Of a stretch of 64,000 nt of DNA, positions 11,592 to 24,032 are shown one piece after another. The notes beneath the pieces are model-generated. The model did not search any database and was not told the origin of the DNA. It worked only from the letters and a program-made list of their open reading frames with translations. Every line of letters starts with the position of its first letter. Position 1 is the first letter of the stretch. The position numbers and the translations under genes are program-made. Location: assembly GCA_025594325.1 (NCBI GenBank), contig JANHCV010000004.1:2108001-2172000 (forward strand), read 5' to 3'. Source of the DNA: Blastocladiella emersonii ATCC 22665 (lineage: Eukaryota > Fungi > Blastocladiomycota).

Positions 11592-13762
11592 ATGGATCCG
11601 CGCGTCGGCGCCGCCGCGCACTTCCTCGCGGCCCGCGGCGCCCGCGTCCTCGACGGGTGGACCGAGCAGTGCGTCGAGTACATCGTGTCGCTGCCCGATT
11701 ACGCCGCGGGCGGCGCGTCCGAGCCCGTCCTGCTGCAGATGGTGTGGGACCAGTACCTCGCGTCAGACCTCGCCGCCATCGCGCCGCCCGCGCTGCCCAT
11801 GCTCGTCACCGACTTTGAGAACAACAACGGGCTCGTTGCCGACGCCGTGCTGCAGGTCGTCGCCGTCGACGAGGTCGGCGTCGCGGGCCTCGCCGTCATC
11901 CAGGCCCTCGAGGCCCTCGAGACGTACCAGGAGCGCACCCGCGCCATCGCCGCCGCGGGCAACAACCCGAACGCGAACGCTGGCGCGGCGCTCGCGGCGC
12001 AGACCAGCGGGCCGAACACGGATAAGGGCCCGCCAAAGATCCCGCGCAAAATGCTCCGCCTCACGCTGTCCGACGGCCACGCGTCGGTCCTCGGCATGGA
12101 GTACGCGCCGCTGCCCGCTTTGTCGATCCTGACGCCCGTCGGCGCCAAGGTACCGTTTAGGGGTTGTTGCGGAGGTGATGGGCGTGAGACTTATGACCGG
12201 AACGCGGCGTAGATTCGCGTGCAGAACGCGCGGTGCTCGCGCGGCGTCCTGTTCCTCGACCCGGCGTGCACCACGCTGCTCGGCGGCGCGATCGAGGAGT
12301 ACGCGACCGGTCTGTCCGGCCTGATCCAGCGGCTGTCCGAGCAGCTCGGGTACGTTTTCTACGTACAATGTCTTGCTCAACCTTGCTGACAACCGTTTCT
12401 TGAATAGAGTACGACCACTCGGCGCGACCAACCCCGGTCCCGCGCAGCGCATCGACGCGTTCGCCAACAACTTTCTGCTCGAGCCGCCCGGCGCCGAGGA
12501 CATGGAGGAGCCCGAGGAGCCGCCGCCGCCGCCACTAATCCTGAACCTCGAGGAGGAGGAGGAGCAGGTCCACTCTGGGTACCCGACGCCCAACTCGCAG
12601 ACACAGCTCACGGGGCCCATGGGACAGCAGCAGCAGCAACAACAGCAACAACAACAGCAGCAGCAGACTCAGCCGTCGCAGCAGAGTCTTCTCCGCGCGG
12701 GTACGAAGAGCATCTTGGACGTGACATTGTGAATGAACTCACATTGCGTGCCCTGTAGTCCTCACGCCCGCGCCTACGCTCGCCGCGCCGAATCCGCCCC
12801 CGCCAATACCGACGTACCAACCGCCTCCACTTCAACCTCCACCTCCACCTCCACCTCCGCCACCGCAACAGCAGCCGCAGCAGCAGCCCGCACTTCAACC
12901 GTGGGCGGCTCAGCCGCCGCCGCCACAGCAGCAGCAGTGGAACCCGCCCAATCCATTACTCCACGCACCCGCCTCCTCGCCGCCTCGACCCATGTCGCCG
13001 TCCGCCATGATGCCGCCCAACGGGTTCGCGCCCATCGACGGCGGGTACGACGACTACGGCATGGGCTACGGCGGGATCGACGGCTTTGACGCGGACGACG
13101 CGGACGACGACGATTTCGACTCGCTCGTCGCGTCGGCCCCGATCGGCCAACTGGTTGAGCCCACCTCGCAGTTTGCGTCGAGCGGGACGACGGCGGCGCA
13201 GGATACCGGGCTGACCCCCGCGACGCCGCCCGTGCTTTCGGCGGAAGCGGTGCCGGTGGTGGTCGCTGATCTAGAACCGGTTCCCGAGGTCGTGACCATG
13301 GCCGAGTACGCGGCACCGCCGGCGTGGCCGATCGCTGACCTCGCGGCGTGTCCACACCTGCGCGTCACCGTCGAGGTAGGCTCTCGCATTCCCACTTCGA
13401 GGAACCTCTCGCTTATCTGGCACTTCCCTTCCCTCTAGGCCGTCGTCAGCAAGTTCGGCACCACCATCACGTCAAACCCGCGCGTCCGCGGCACCATCCA
13501 CGCCGTAGTACAGCTGCTCCCGCCAGGCACGCACCCGGCCGACAAGTCGGTCCCGCCCACGGCCGTGTCGATCGAGGACCGCGAGCTCGGCGAGCTCGGG
13601 TTCTGCGTCCCCGAGTTCCTCGTGACACGCAGCGCCGACATGGTCCGGTCGCTGTCCACGGCGCTCGCGCGGCTCACGCGACGGCCGCTGGTCCTCGAGC
13701 GCATCGAAGGCGTAACGACTCCTGGGCCCAAGGCGCCCGCGTGGAGAGTGGTGATGGAGTGA
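11592..13762 (+). CDS. RMI1: RecQ-mediated genome instability protein 1
   Basis: DUF1767/OB-fold motifs: W..QC, DQYLASDL, LQVVAVDEVG, RKMLRLTLSDG..VLGMEY..LP.LS..TPVGAK..V.N....RGVLFLDP. Multiple introns. Confidence 0.85.
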
Positions 13763-14263
13763 GTGAAATCGTGACTCGTTTTTGATCATCAAGCTCGTGA
13801 ACGTGCAACGACGAGCGGGGAGGGGAACGCGTTTGCGTTCGGGTGGCTCGGCTTCTGTGGCGGAACGCGCCGACGCGTTCACGCGCTTGCGCAGCTTCCG
13901 GACCCCCGAATCCGGATCCGGGGCGCGGACCGTGCATTCTGAGCTGCGCTAAACCGCATCCACGTAACCGCCGACACAACGGGAAGACGCTCAGCGCCAC
14001 ATGGCCGCGCTGGGCGAAGAAGCAGCCCCGCTTCTGCTGCCTTCCTCGAAGCGCCGAGTCTTCGACGCAACGCGACTGGCCTCACTTCTCGCAACGAGGG
14101 ACCAAGGCCGCTGGGAAACACAAGAGCTCGCAGCAACCCCGCGCTTGGTGCATGTCACTCGACACTTGTGTTGATCCGCACCGCCATTACACGAACCATG
14201 TAAGTCTCGCGACCGCCGCGATTTGAACGCGAAGGCTCACCGCGCCCTTCCGGCCGTAGCACC

Positions 14264-14608
14264 ATGAGTTTCGGCGATCTCCTGCTCGTCCACGGCATCA
14301 ACCTCAACGGGTACGGCGACGCACTGCCCGGTCCGCGCGACGAGGCCATCGCCAAGATCGTCGACGACACGCTCAAGGCGGGCTGGCGCTCGTGCCTCGT
14401 CGTGCACACGGCGCACAAGATCCGCGGCCCACACCACCACAAGCACGTCGAGGTGCGCCGCGAGGGGACCGTGTCGAGCACCATCGGGTTCGAGGTGTAC
14501 TACGGCAACGAGCCGTTCGAGTTCGAGCTGCTCGGCGATGGAGGGTTCGACAACTGGTGTTTCGGCGGCAGCTTTGTGCACGACGGCAAGTACGTCAAAT
14601 TCAACTGA
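14264..14608 (+). CDS. Intronless 114-aa protein with YvgO-like C-terminal motif
   Basis: CACCATG start and strong codon bias. The C-terminus GDGGFDNWCFGGSFVHDGKYVKFN resembles Bacillus YvgO GDGGWINWAFRGWFDRDG as recalled. Confidence 0.65.
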   Translation: MSFGDLLLVHGINLNGYGDALPGPRDEAIAKIVDDTLKAGWRSCLVVHTAHKIRGPHHHKHVEVRREGTVSSTIGFEVYYGNEPFEFELLGDGGFDNWCFGGSFVHDGKYVKFN

Positions 14609-14894
14609 GAGGCGGATGTGGGAGGTGTTTCGTTGTGATTGGGATCGATGAGACAAACAAAGAGACCCTTTCTTCCTATCTAAATCCCGCGAGGAGACTT
14701 GCTTTGACGTCTGATGGCCGTGGTGATCTGAACGCGGCGCGAGTCGCGGGACGGCTCGCGTCGCCCATCACGCGAGCCTGAAACACGACGCGTTCCTCAT
14801 ATCTTCCACGGCCGCGGTCGAGTCGAGTCGGAACCCAAAAGCTGCACCATTGTCTATATAATCGGTTGAAACGTCATGCGTACTCCTTTGCAGA

Positions 14895-16034
14895 CTACTC
14901 GGCGCCCTGGGCGGATTGCTCGACCGGATTGGCTGGAGCGGGTTCCTCGACTCGAGCTGCTGGCGCGGCTTGATTCTCGACGGCAGGAGGAGGAGGGTAC
15001 GGCCACATGGGATCTCCGCCGTTGCCGTAGAAGCACCAGTCGCACCCTAGACGGCGGACGCGAGGCGAACAGGCTGCGCAGATCAAGACTTGGAACGATT
15101 CGGGTGAAGCGTGACCCTCGTGCTGGCAAACATCCTCGAGCGGGGCGCACTCCGTGGTAAGCTTGCGGCACGTCCAACACGTCTGCGGCTGCGGCTGATT
15201 CGCGTCCTCGGCCTGAGAACTTGGCTCCGCGTCCACCAAACAGCCCGGACAGCGCCAACCTGGTCGTTTGCAAAGCACCGCGCGCCCCGCACAACCGGTA
15301 CAGACGGTAACAGGGGATGTGCGGTTCTCGATTTGAGCGGGCCAGTAAATTCCCGCGCCGCTTGAGAACTCGGGAGCCCGGTGAATAAAGCGATACGCAG
15401 CGCTCGCGCCGTCACGGATGTAGACGGAGTGCATAATCAAGAGCGCGGACACCAAGTACTTCTCGAGCAGCGAGATATCAATCGTGGTGAGCTGATGCGG
15501 CTTCACGGCCGCGCGGATCCAACTGATCATGACGAGAAGCGCGCTGCCCGTTTTATCGGTCTCTCGCTCCAAGGGGCTCCCAGCAGGGCGCGCCAGCGCG
15601 GTGAGATGGACCAGCGGACACGGCATGCTTGGCGACGTGGCGAGCGTAAAGAGACGCGAACAAACGAAGTGGAGAGGCAGCGGGAACAGCCTGGGTCAGA
15701 CAATCTTGACATCACATTCGCCGTACGGAGGCGAGATGACCAAGTGGACTTGCGGCATGAACAGAGCGGGGTCAAGCGTTGTCAAACGAAAGAGCGAGGA
15801 ATGGGCGCATATGGTGTCAAAGAAGCCCCGCGGACCCGCATACTCGAGGACAGCGTGGAGAATGATCGCGAGAATGTCCCGTGGTAGGTCCAACAGCTGA
15901 AGCGGTCGTCCGGCCTGCGCGGGAGGCAACGGGGACGATGGCGGCGGCACCGCACGCTCGTTCGACAGGCTAAGCTGGTCGATAGGAGCACGTTGCAGGG
16001 GGTCGTTTGATTCCGTCGCCATTATCGAGTCCAT
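14895..16034 (-). CDS. F-box protein with Cys-rich C-terminal region
   Basis: LQLLDLPRDILAIILHAV F-box motif in ORF 15696-16034. Downstream ORF 14895-15626 has multiple CxxC pairs (CTGC, CPGC, CWTC, CAAC, CDWC). Exon joins are uncertain. Confidence 0.55.
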
Positions 16035-16456
16035 TAGCTTCGCATGCGCGCGGTGGGAGCAGCGCGATCAGCGGCGGCCGCGTTTTATCGGCCCGCTCGC
16101 GCTGTGGCGCAACGCGTTCTCGCCCGCCCTGTTTAAATTAAACACTTCGTTCAGGCAAAGTACGTGATGAAAAGTCAAATCTATTATTTGCAGCAAAAAC
16201 ATCTATCAAGTTCTAAAGCTAAACACGGCGGTGCTTGCGACCAGCGCAAGCGTTGCACGCCGCAGCGATCTATGCTGCGCGCGCCCCCGCCTCGAGCAGC
16301 AGACACTCGGACCAGCCCTAACTATTGGCGGCCGTGCCGGGCGCCGGCCATCATGGGATCATGTCGATGATCCGCGAAACCGCCCGCCCGTCGCCGTCGA
16401 GCCGTATCACGGCGGCACGGCGAGGGCGGCGGTGCATCTACTAAGGACCCGAACAA

Positions 16457-17851
16457 CTAGTTCGAGTCGAGCGGACCTATGTGGAACTCGTGAAAGTGGC
16501 TCGTCTCGCCCGGGCTCCACCAGAGCTGGTTGAGCGCGACCACGGTCGAGCTGAGCTGGCCGTCGGCGTGCATGAACATGAACGCCAGCATGAGCGCAGC
16601 GGCCGCGTACTCGGGGCGGCGCGCCGCGACCACGTCGAGGACGCCGAGCCGCGTCGCAAAGTGGGCCTGCGGCAGGGCCATGGCGACGGCGGTGATCTGC
16701 TCCGTGAACGTGACCTGTAGACTCTTTCGCACCTCGAAGCCGGTGCAGCGGTCGTACGTGACCTCGAGCAGCTCCTGCGGTGCGACGCCGCGGAACAGCG
16801 CGAGCGGGCGCGAGAGGAGCAGCTTGCCGCGCATCGACCGGCACGCGGGGCGCAGGGCGCCGTTGTACCGGTGGAACAGGAACAGGTCGCTGGGCATGCC
16901 CGACGGCACGAGCTCGGCCGTGAGGATGCGGGCCTCTCACGCGGCGTCGTCGAGGAACGAGGGGACCTTCTTGACCAGCTTGTCGAGGGCCGCAATGGTA
17001 GCCGTCACCGAGGTGTTGAACGCGACCGGGTCGTACGGCGTCGAGTGCATGAACGGCTTGAGGACCGGGGCCGCGGCGGCAACGGCCGGCGGCTCGTACA
17101 CCGTCTGCTGCGGCATCGACGGCGGCTCGGGGATGGCGGACGCGTCGTGGTGGTGCGTCGGGAGCTCCTGGCCGGCGCCCGAGTCGCGGCGGTCCTGGTT
17201 CACGGCCGCGGGACCGGCGACCGTCTTGATGTCCTCGGCCGAACTGGAAGACGCGACCGAGTGGCGTCATCGAGTTGTGCTACAGATACGAAAAGGGATC
17301 GAGTGCAACAAGTGAGTAATGATTCGAGTGATGATGATGATGCATTCGCAAGACAAGAGCGTACCCGTGGCGGTAACCGAGTCAGCATTTGAGGACTCGT
17401 TGACCGTGTTGTTGGCGAGGCCGAGCGAGAGGAGGCTAGCCTGCGGGAGGAACGTGGGCACGCACAGCGTCGACGAGCCGGACTCGGACGACGGCGACGA
17501 GGGCGCGGCGAGGGTCGCCGAAACGACGAGGGCCGAGTCGACCAGCGCGATCTCGGTCTTGGCGGCCGCTGGAGCGCACGCCGACATGTCGACGAGGTTG
17601 CGCGAAATCGGGAGAACGGGCGAGACCTTGGCCCTGCCCTTGCCAGCGAACTTGGCGGCGGCGGCGACAGCAGTGTCACGCTGCTGCTGCTGCTGCTGCT
17701 GCTTGCGGCCAGGCACGATGCGGCGGACGCCGGCCTTGATGCAGGCCTTGATGCGGCCGAGCAGCGTGGGCTTGGTCTCGACCGGGACCGGGGCGGGAAC
17801 GGGCGCCGACCTGGCGGCCTTGGCGGCGGCCTCCTTCTGCGCGGCCATCAT
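16457..17851 (-). CDS. Hypothetical multi-exon protein (low-complexity N-terminus, globular C-terminus); true start may lie further upstream
   Basis: ORFs 17267-17851, 16937-17203 and 16457-16909 show biased codon usage. The last two are in the same frame and separated by one TGA or a 51-nt intron. Confidence 0.55.
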
Positions 17852-18766
17852 GCGCTCGACGACCGGCGAGACGGGGCGGGCCGAGGCGCGGGCGGCAGCC
17901 CGGTTGACCTTGGTAGCGGCGGCAATCGACTTGTTCTACATGTTGATGATGCGGAGTGGGGGAAAAGCGAGTGGCGCGGAGAAGGTCTTATGGAACAAAA
18001 TCAGGTCCGAACGACAGCGACGGGTGTCGATGGTGCGGAACTCGGGGGTCGACTGCTTGATGGAGCAGCCGCAGCGGTACGCTGAGAAGCGGGTGAAGGC
18101 CGAGACGAGTCGGCGGGTTCTGGTACTTCTTGGCGTGGTTTCTTCGTCGAAGCGATGTGCACTGGCGTGGAGTCGGTGCAGGTAGCGGCGAGGAAGAGGA
18201 GGAGGCGTGTGGATACAACTTGGGGAACAGCTTGAGGACTTTGCAAGCGGTACTCAGTGGGGGAGCAGGAGCGGAGGGCGGGCCGCCGGGCCTTTAAACA
18301 CAGCGCATCGGTGGTCCAGCGTTGCGTTGGATGCCAAAATGAACTGTATGCATGCATTCAGGAAGATCAGGTGTCGGCTGCCGCAGCAAACACGCGAGTG
18401 GCGCGTCGCGTCGTCAAGCCACCGCCACCGAGTCCGAAGCGCGGACGCGAGCTGTGCTGATAGCAACCGTGATGTCGGACGACCGTGCGGAGCTCCACGA
18501 AATACGCACCTGCGACACGTCGTTTTCATCTCAATTTGATGCATTGATGTCGCGAACTGCGAGGGTGGAAGCAGAAAGCCGGCCGAGGGACGGTGCCGAC
18601 CTGGCCGAGTCAGCCGCGCTCACTCGCTCGCTCAAAGACCATGATCAATTGCTATGCGCAACAAAGTGTAGAGAGAGGGGCGAGAAATACGGCAAATGTA
18701 CACAACCAAGGGGAGAGAATCGAGTGGGATGATGCGGAAGGGGGAAGAGTGGTAGAGGAGCGGCGC

Positions 18767-21700
18767 CTAGTCCATGGACTTGAGCTGGTCCAGCAGCGCC
18801 TGCGCCTGGCTGGTCACATTGGACAGCGACGACTTGCGCTGTCGGCCCATGAACGTCTCGCGGCGCCGGGACATGCGCAGCGTTGCCTCCGTGTCGAGCT
18901 CGCGGGACGCAGGGGCCGCGGGACCGGCCGTCGTGGGCGTTGAGGGCAGCGACGACGACGTATCGGCGGCCGTCTTGCCGCCCGCGCCGCCGCCGACGCG
19001 CTTGAGCGACGCGAGGAGGTCGTCCATCTCGTCGATCTCGTCGGCGCCCTCGCCGGGGACGGCCTTGGGCTCGCGGGCGCGGTTCGCCGTCGGGTCGCGC
19101 GACCCGCGTGCGCCGGCGCGGCGCGGGGGCGGGGCCGCGAGGCTGTCGGCGGACTGCGTGATGCGGTCGGCGGTACCACGGCGCTGGCGGCCACCCGCTG
19201 CGGCGGCGCTGTTGCGCGAAGCCGAGGACGAGCGGGACGGCGCCTTGTCGTCGGCGCCCGTGACGATCATGGACTGGGCCTGGCGGCGGCGGCGCTCGAG
19301 CTTCTCGGCGTTCTCGCGCTGCTTGAGAATGTCCTTGTGGACGCGCTGGAAGGACGTGAGGAAGGTCTGGACGATGCCGAAGAACTCGTCGGCGCCCATC
19401 TTGGACGGGTCCTCGCCGAACATGAGCACCGACTTCTCGTACTCGACCTTCATGGCGGCGTACTCGGCGCGCAGGTCGGCGAGTTTCGCGTTGGCGCGGT
19501 CGCTGAACTCGGCCATGACGATCTTGAACCGGTCGAGCGAGTCGTGGACGTCGGCGCCGCTGTAGAAGCGCTCGAGCTCGTTGTCGATGTCGCGCAGGCC
19601 GGCGTTGAGCGTGTTCATCTCGGCCGTCATGCTCTCGAAGCTGACGCGGCACGCGACGGCCGTGTCCTTGAGGTCGTCGGTGAACTTGAGCAGCTTGGGC
19701 AGCTTGAGCGAGACCGTGTCGACGAGGAAGTGCAGCAGCGTGCGCTTGTTGTCGGCCGACTTGGTGTCGACGAGCTTGTTGATGGACCCGATGCGGAACC
19801 CGGTCGCGTTGCCGCGGAACCCCGTGTTCATGTAGTTGCCCATGGTCAGGATCAGCTGCAGCAGGTCGCGGAACGCCTCGGACGTGTGCATGCCGACCGC
19901 CGCCTTGGTGATGGCGCGGATGTCGCCCGACTGCTCGGTCGTGCGCTCGTTGAACCGCAGGTAGTAGTCCATGGCCTTGAGCCGCTGCTCGTACCGCTCG
20001 ACCTTGATCATCTCGACCAGGAACCGGTCGGGCTTCGCCAGCTCCGACAGGTCGTCCGAGAAGGCCGCGAGCTTGCCGATCTCCTCGGCCGTCGGCACGT
20101 ACTTGAGGAACTGCGTGACGACGGGCCGCGTCATGAGGTCGAAGTCGAGCGCGAGAATCGACCGCCGGATATCGCCAAACGACTGCTTCATGCGGCCCAG
20201 CATGATGTTGATGTTGTACGCGCGCTTGGACTCGAGCACCGAGATCTCCTTCTTGACCGTGGCCGCGACCTCGACCGCCGCCGCGACCGCGGGCTGCCGC
20301 GCCGGAAACACGTCCTGCAGGTTCGCGAACAGGTCCTCGCCCAGCACCTTGGCCCACTTCTCGTCGGGATCCTCGCCGCGCTCCAGCTGCTCGATCGTCG
20401 TCGCCCAGATCGTCTGCCGCGCCTTGACGTCGGGCAGCTTGTCCCACTGGAGCTGCTTGAGCGTCACCTTGGGCGAGTACTTGCGCACCCGCCGCGCCAC
20501 GGGCGACGGGAAACCGGGGAACGCGCCGAACCCGCCCGGCGGCGGCGGCGCACCGCCTGGTGGAGGCGGCGGCGGACCACCAATGCCCGGCGGTGGGGGC
20601 GGCGGAGGCGGACCGCCGAAGCCGGGTGGTGGTGGAGGAGGAGGAGGGGGTCCGCCGCGGAACCCGCCGGGCGGCGGCGGCGGCGGAGGGGGAGGAGGTG
20701 GACCGCCGCCCATTGGTGGTGGCGGTGGTGGCGGAGGAGGAGGCGGACCGCCGCCAAACGACATGGGCGGAGGCGGTGGTGGTGGAGGAGGGGGCGGACC
20801 GCCGCCGAACGACATGGGCGGGGGCGGAGGTGGCGGAGGAGGCGGCGGGCCACCGCCGAACGACATGGGTGGTGATGGTGGCGGCGGAGGCGGCACGGAC
20901 CCGCCGGCGCCGGGGAAGACCATGGGCGGTGGTGGCGGGGGCGGGGGTGGTGGCGGTGCGCCGCCGGTAGCGACGGGCGCGGATGGTGGTGCGGTCGGGA
21001 AGACGACCTGGGTGGCGGCGGCCTCGGCCTTCTGCTTCCATGCCTGGAGCTGCTCCTTGAGCTGGACGTTCTCGGCCATGACGCCCTCGAGCTGTTTGGC
21101 GACGGCCGTCTTCTCCTCCTTGGACAGGACGTCGGTGATGGCCTTGATGCGGTCGTCGGTGTCGTCGCGGATGGCGGCGAGGAGCTCGGCGATCTCGGCC
21201 TCGTGCGCGGCCATGGCGGACGTGTACTTTGACTGCACGTCGTACAGGTGGCGGTGCAGGACCTGGAGGTTGCGCTCCGACAGCTGCAGGAGCTCGTTGA
21301 GGCCGTGGATCTGGGCGAGGAACTGGGCGCGCTGCGACTCGGAGCCCTCGCACAGCTCGAGCTCGAGCCGCTCCTTGTCGCGGATCAGGCGGTGCTGCTG
21401 CTCCTCGAGGTCGCGGTTGAGCTCCTGCACGCGCTGCAGCTTGTCCGAGTTCTCGAACATCTGGATCAGCGCCTGCACGTTGACCGTGTGGCGGCTCGAG
21501 AAGTCGGGGTCGATGCCCTTGCGGTCGAGGACGATCTCGGCGACGACCGTGTCAATGAAGCGCAGGTAGTTGGCCTTGAGGTCGGCGGTGGCGAGCTCGT
21601 CCTGCTCGATGCCGCGCACGCACAGCAGGTGCTGGACGAGGCTGGTCAGCCAGAAGATGCCGTCCGAGTGGCCCTCGACGCTGCGCAGCAGCGACTTGAA

Positions 21701-23325
21701 CAGGTCCATGGGGTCGGCGAAATCCTGGATCACGGCGTCGCACCGGTCCTTGAACTCCTCCATGTCGACGGCCATGTCGGCCTCGAACTGCGTGATCTGC
21801 CACTTGACAAACTCGTCGGCAAACTCCTTGATGGTCTCGATGGCCGGCATCAGGTTGCACCCGAGCAGCTGGTTGCGCAGGTGGATCCGGTACTCGAAGT
21901 CCTCGGGGATCCGCACCAGCCCGTTGACGAGGATCAGGTTCGACAGCGCGTACTCGTTGAGCTCCTCGTCGGTCATGCCGCGCGTGGCGCCCGTCGCGCC
22001 GACCAGACTGCCGAGGATGCCGCGGCCGTTGACGATGTTGGCAAAGGTCAGCAGCCACGGCTCGAAGCGGCGGGTGGCCCCGCGGTGCGCGTTGAGGAAG
22101 TCGAGGCCGCGCAGGACCATTTGGTGTCCGCGCGGCCGCGCGAGGTAGCAGAAGGCGGTCAGCACGTCGGCGACGAGCTTGCGCGTGTTGAGGTTGTCGC
22201 TGTCGAGCGAGAGGCACAGCGACTCGATCACGTCGGGCATGGCCATGGCCGCCTGCATGCCGGGCTTGACGTTGAGCAGGCCCTTGAGGCACCGCACCAC
22301 CTCGTTCTCGATGGACGTGAACTTGAACTGGTTCTTCCTATCGGGGTGCGCGCGATGGGAGAGGGAGATGCGATGTGAGACAGACTGCAAATAACGACGC
22401 GCGGGGTGGCGCAGCCGCACCACTCGTGGTCGGGGCCGACGCGTCGCCCGGAATAGCCCACGCGCGAGAAGGCGGAGAAGAGAGCAACGTACTGTCCGGC
22501 GGCGGCGCTCTGGCTGTGGCATCGCTGGTGGACGAGGACGAGGGCGGCGAGCCCGCCGCGCTGGATGAACTCCGCGATCCACTGCGGCGTGTGTGTCGCG
22601 AGCGAGACGCGCAGCGACATGAGCAGCTTCTGCGAGACGCGGTCCGAGTGCGGGGGCAGGTGGCGCATGAAGTACTCTGGGGTGAACTTGACGTTGCTCT
22701 GGATGCCGGCGCGGTTGTCGCGGGTCGAGTAGTGCTGGGTGATCATGGACCACTTGTTCTTGTCGGGCAGCACGTAGATGGCGCGGCGCGCGTCGTCGCG
22801 CACGCCCATGTCGTCGAGCATCTCCTTGAGCAGGCGCTCGAACAGGTCGCGGTTGTCGGGCGGGTTGGGCGAGTCGAAGAAGCCGGGCGGGCACTCGTTG
22901 TAGACGGACGAGGCCGACGGCCCGAACCCGGGGATCGCGGCGGCCACGGCGGCGGCATCGTCGATGGCGGCGAGGTCGGCGAGCGACGTGCTGGACCGGT
23001 TGAGCCCGCTGGCGCCGTTGCTGAACGACCCAGTGCCGGCGCCGTTGACGTTGGGCGCGCTGCCAAAGTGCAGCGTGGTGGGCGTGCCGGGCTGGGCCGG
23101 GCCGACGTAGACCTCGTGCATGGAGCTGGCGCTCTTGCGGCGGAGCATGCCGCTGACGTTGCCCGAGAGGCGGCGGGCCGAGGACGGGATGCCGAGCGAC
23201 AGCGACGACGACGACGAGCCGGCGGACCCGGAGCCCGTGCTGCCGCCGGCGCCGTGCGGCGAGAGCGCGCCGTCATCGCGGCTCGCGCTGCGGCCGCCCT
23301 TGATGCTGTGGAAGATCTTTTTCAT
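18767..23325 (-). CDS. Diaphanous-related formin of fungal Bni1/SepA type (GBD/FH3, FH1, FH2, DAD)
   Basis: SLRVSLATHTPQWIAEFIQRGGL (GBD), poly-Pro FH1, FH2 motifs LKQLQWDKL, RAYNINIML, GNYMN..GFRIGSINKL.DTKS, and DAD-like MDDLLASLK. Confidence 0.95.
20520..20960 (-). repeat. FH1 poly-proline tandem units (GGGPPPPPPPPPPPMSF-like)
   Basis: Repeated units read directly in the formin ORF. Confidence 0.9.
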
Positions 23326-24032
23326 GCAGCCGCCCGATCAGCAAGCAAGCAAACGGCGCGAGGTTGCTGCAGGTGCGCGGGGAGACCCGGCAGGGACCGG
23401 CCGAGGTGGCGCACGGCGAGCGAGCTGCAGGCGCGCGGGTAAAGGAGCGTGCGGGCCGCGAGGGCGGGCGGCGATGGGTGGGTATACGAGAGTCGATGCG
23501 TCGCGGACGAGACGGGAGCGCGGAGGAGCGGCGGCAGCGATGGGCAACGCTCGCGCGCGGCTGGCCGATGCGGCGGCGGCGGCGGTCCAAAATTGGCGAC
23601 GGCGGCGTGGCGGGCGTGCAGGATCGCCGCCGGGTGAGAGATTCGTCGCCGTCTACGTCGTGGTGTGGTTCGAGAGAGCGCGTCGGCGAGGCGAAGGGGA
23701 CGGAATTCCTCGCACCGGCAGCACGGTGGCGCGACGCAGAAGGGAAGGGAGACGCCCAACGTGGGCTCTGCTGACGGCGGCTTTGCGACGCGCCACCGCC
23801 ACACGGCAACTTGTCTCGCACTCAGCACGTGAGCCGCGCGTGCGTGTCTCCCCGCGCGCGCAGCGACGCGTCGGGCCGCCGCTGCCTCACCTCGCCGCCG
23901 ACGTCTCGCCGCCTCCGTGCTCTCGTACCGCAAAACTAGAGTAGAGTAGATGCATCGACGCCGCTAGACGCAACATAGAGTAGTAGACTGGGCACCGAGT
24001 CCCCGATAGACCGACCACCACCCGCTCCGACC

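Noticed and set aside
12620-12680. CAG/CAA poly-Gln and poly-Ala tracts in RMI1, KH, bZIP and others
   Set aside because: Ordinary low-complexity coding repeats that are common throughout this genome.
16937-16939. In-frame TGA as selenocysteine
   Set aside because: There is no redox (CxxU) context and no SECIS was recognised. A frame-preserving 51-nt intron or a nonsense change is simpler.
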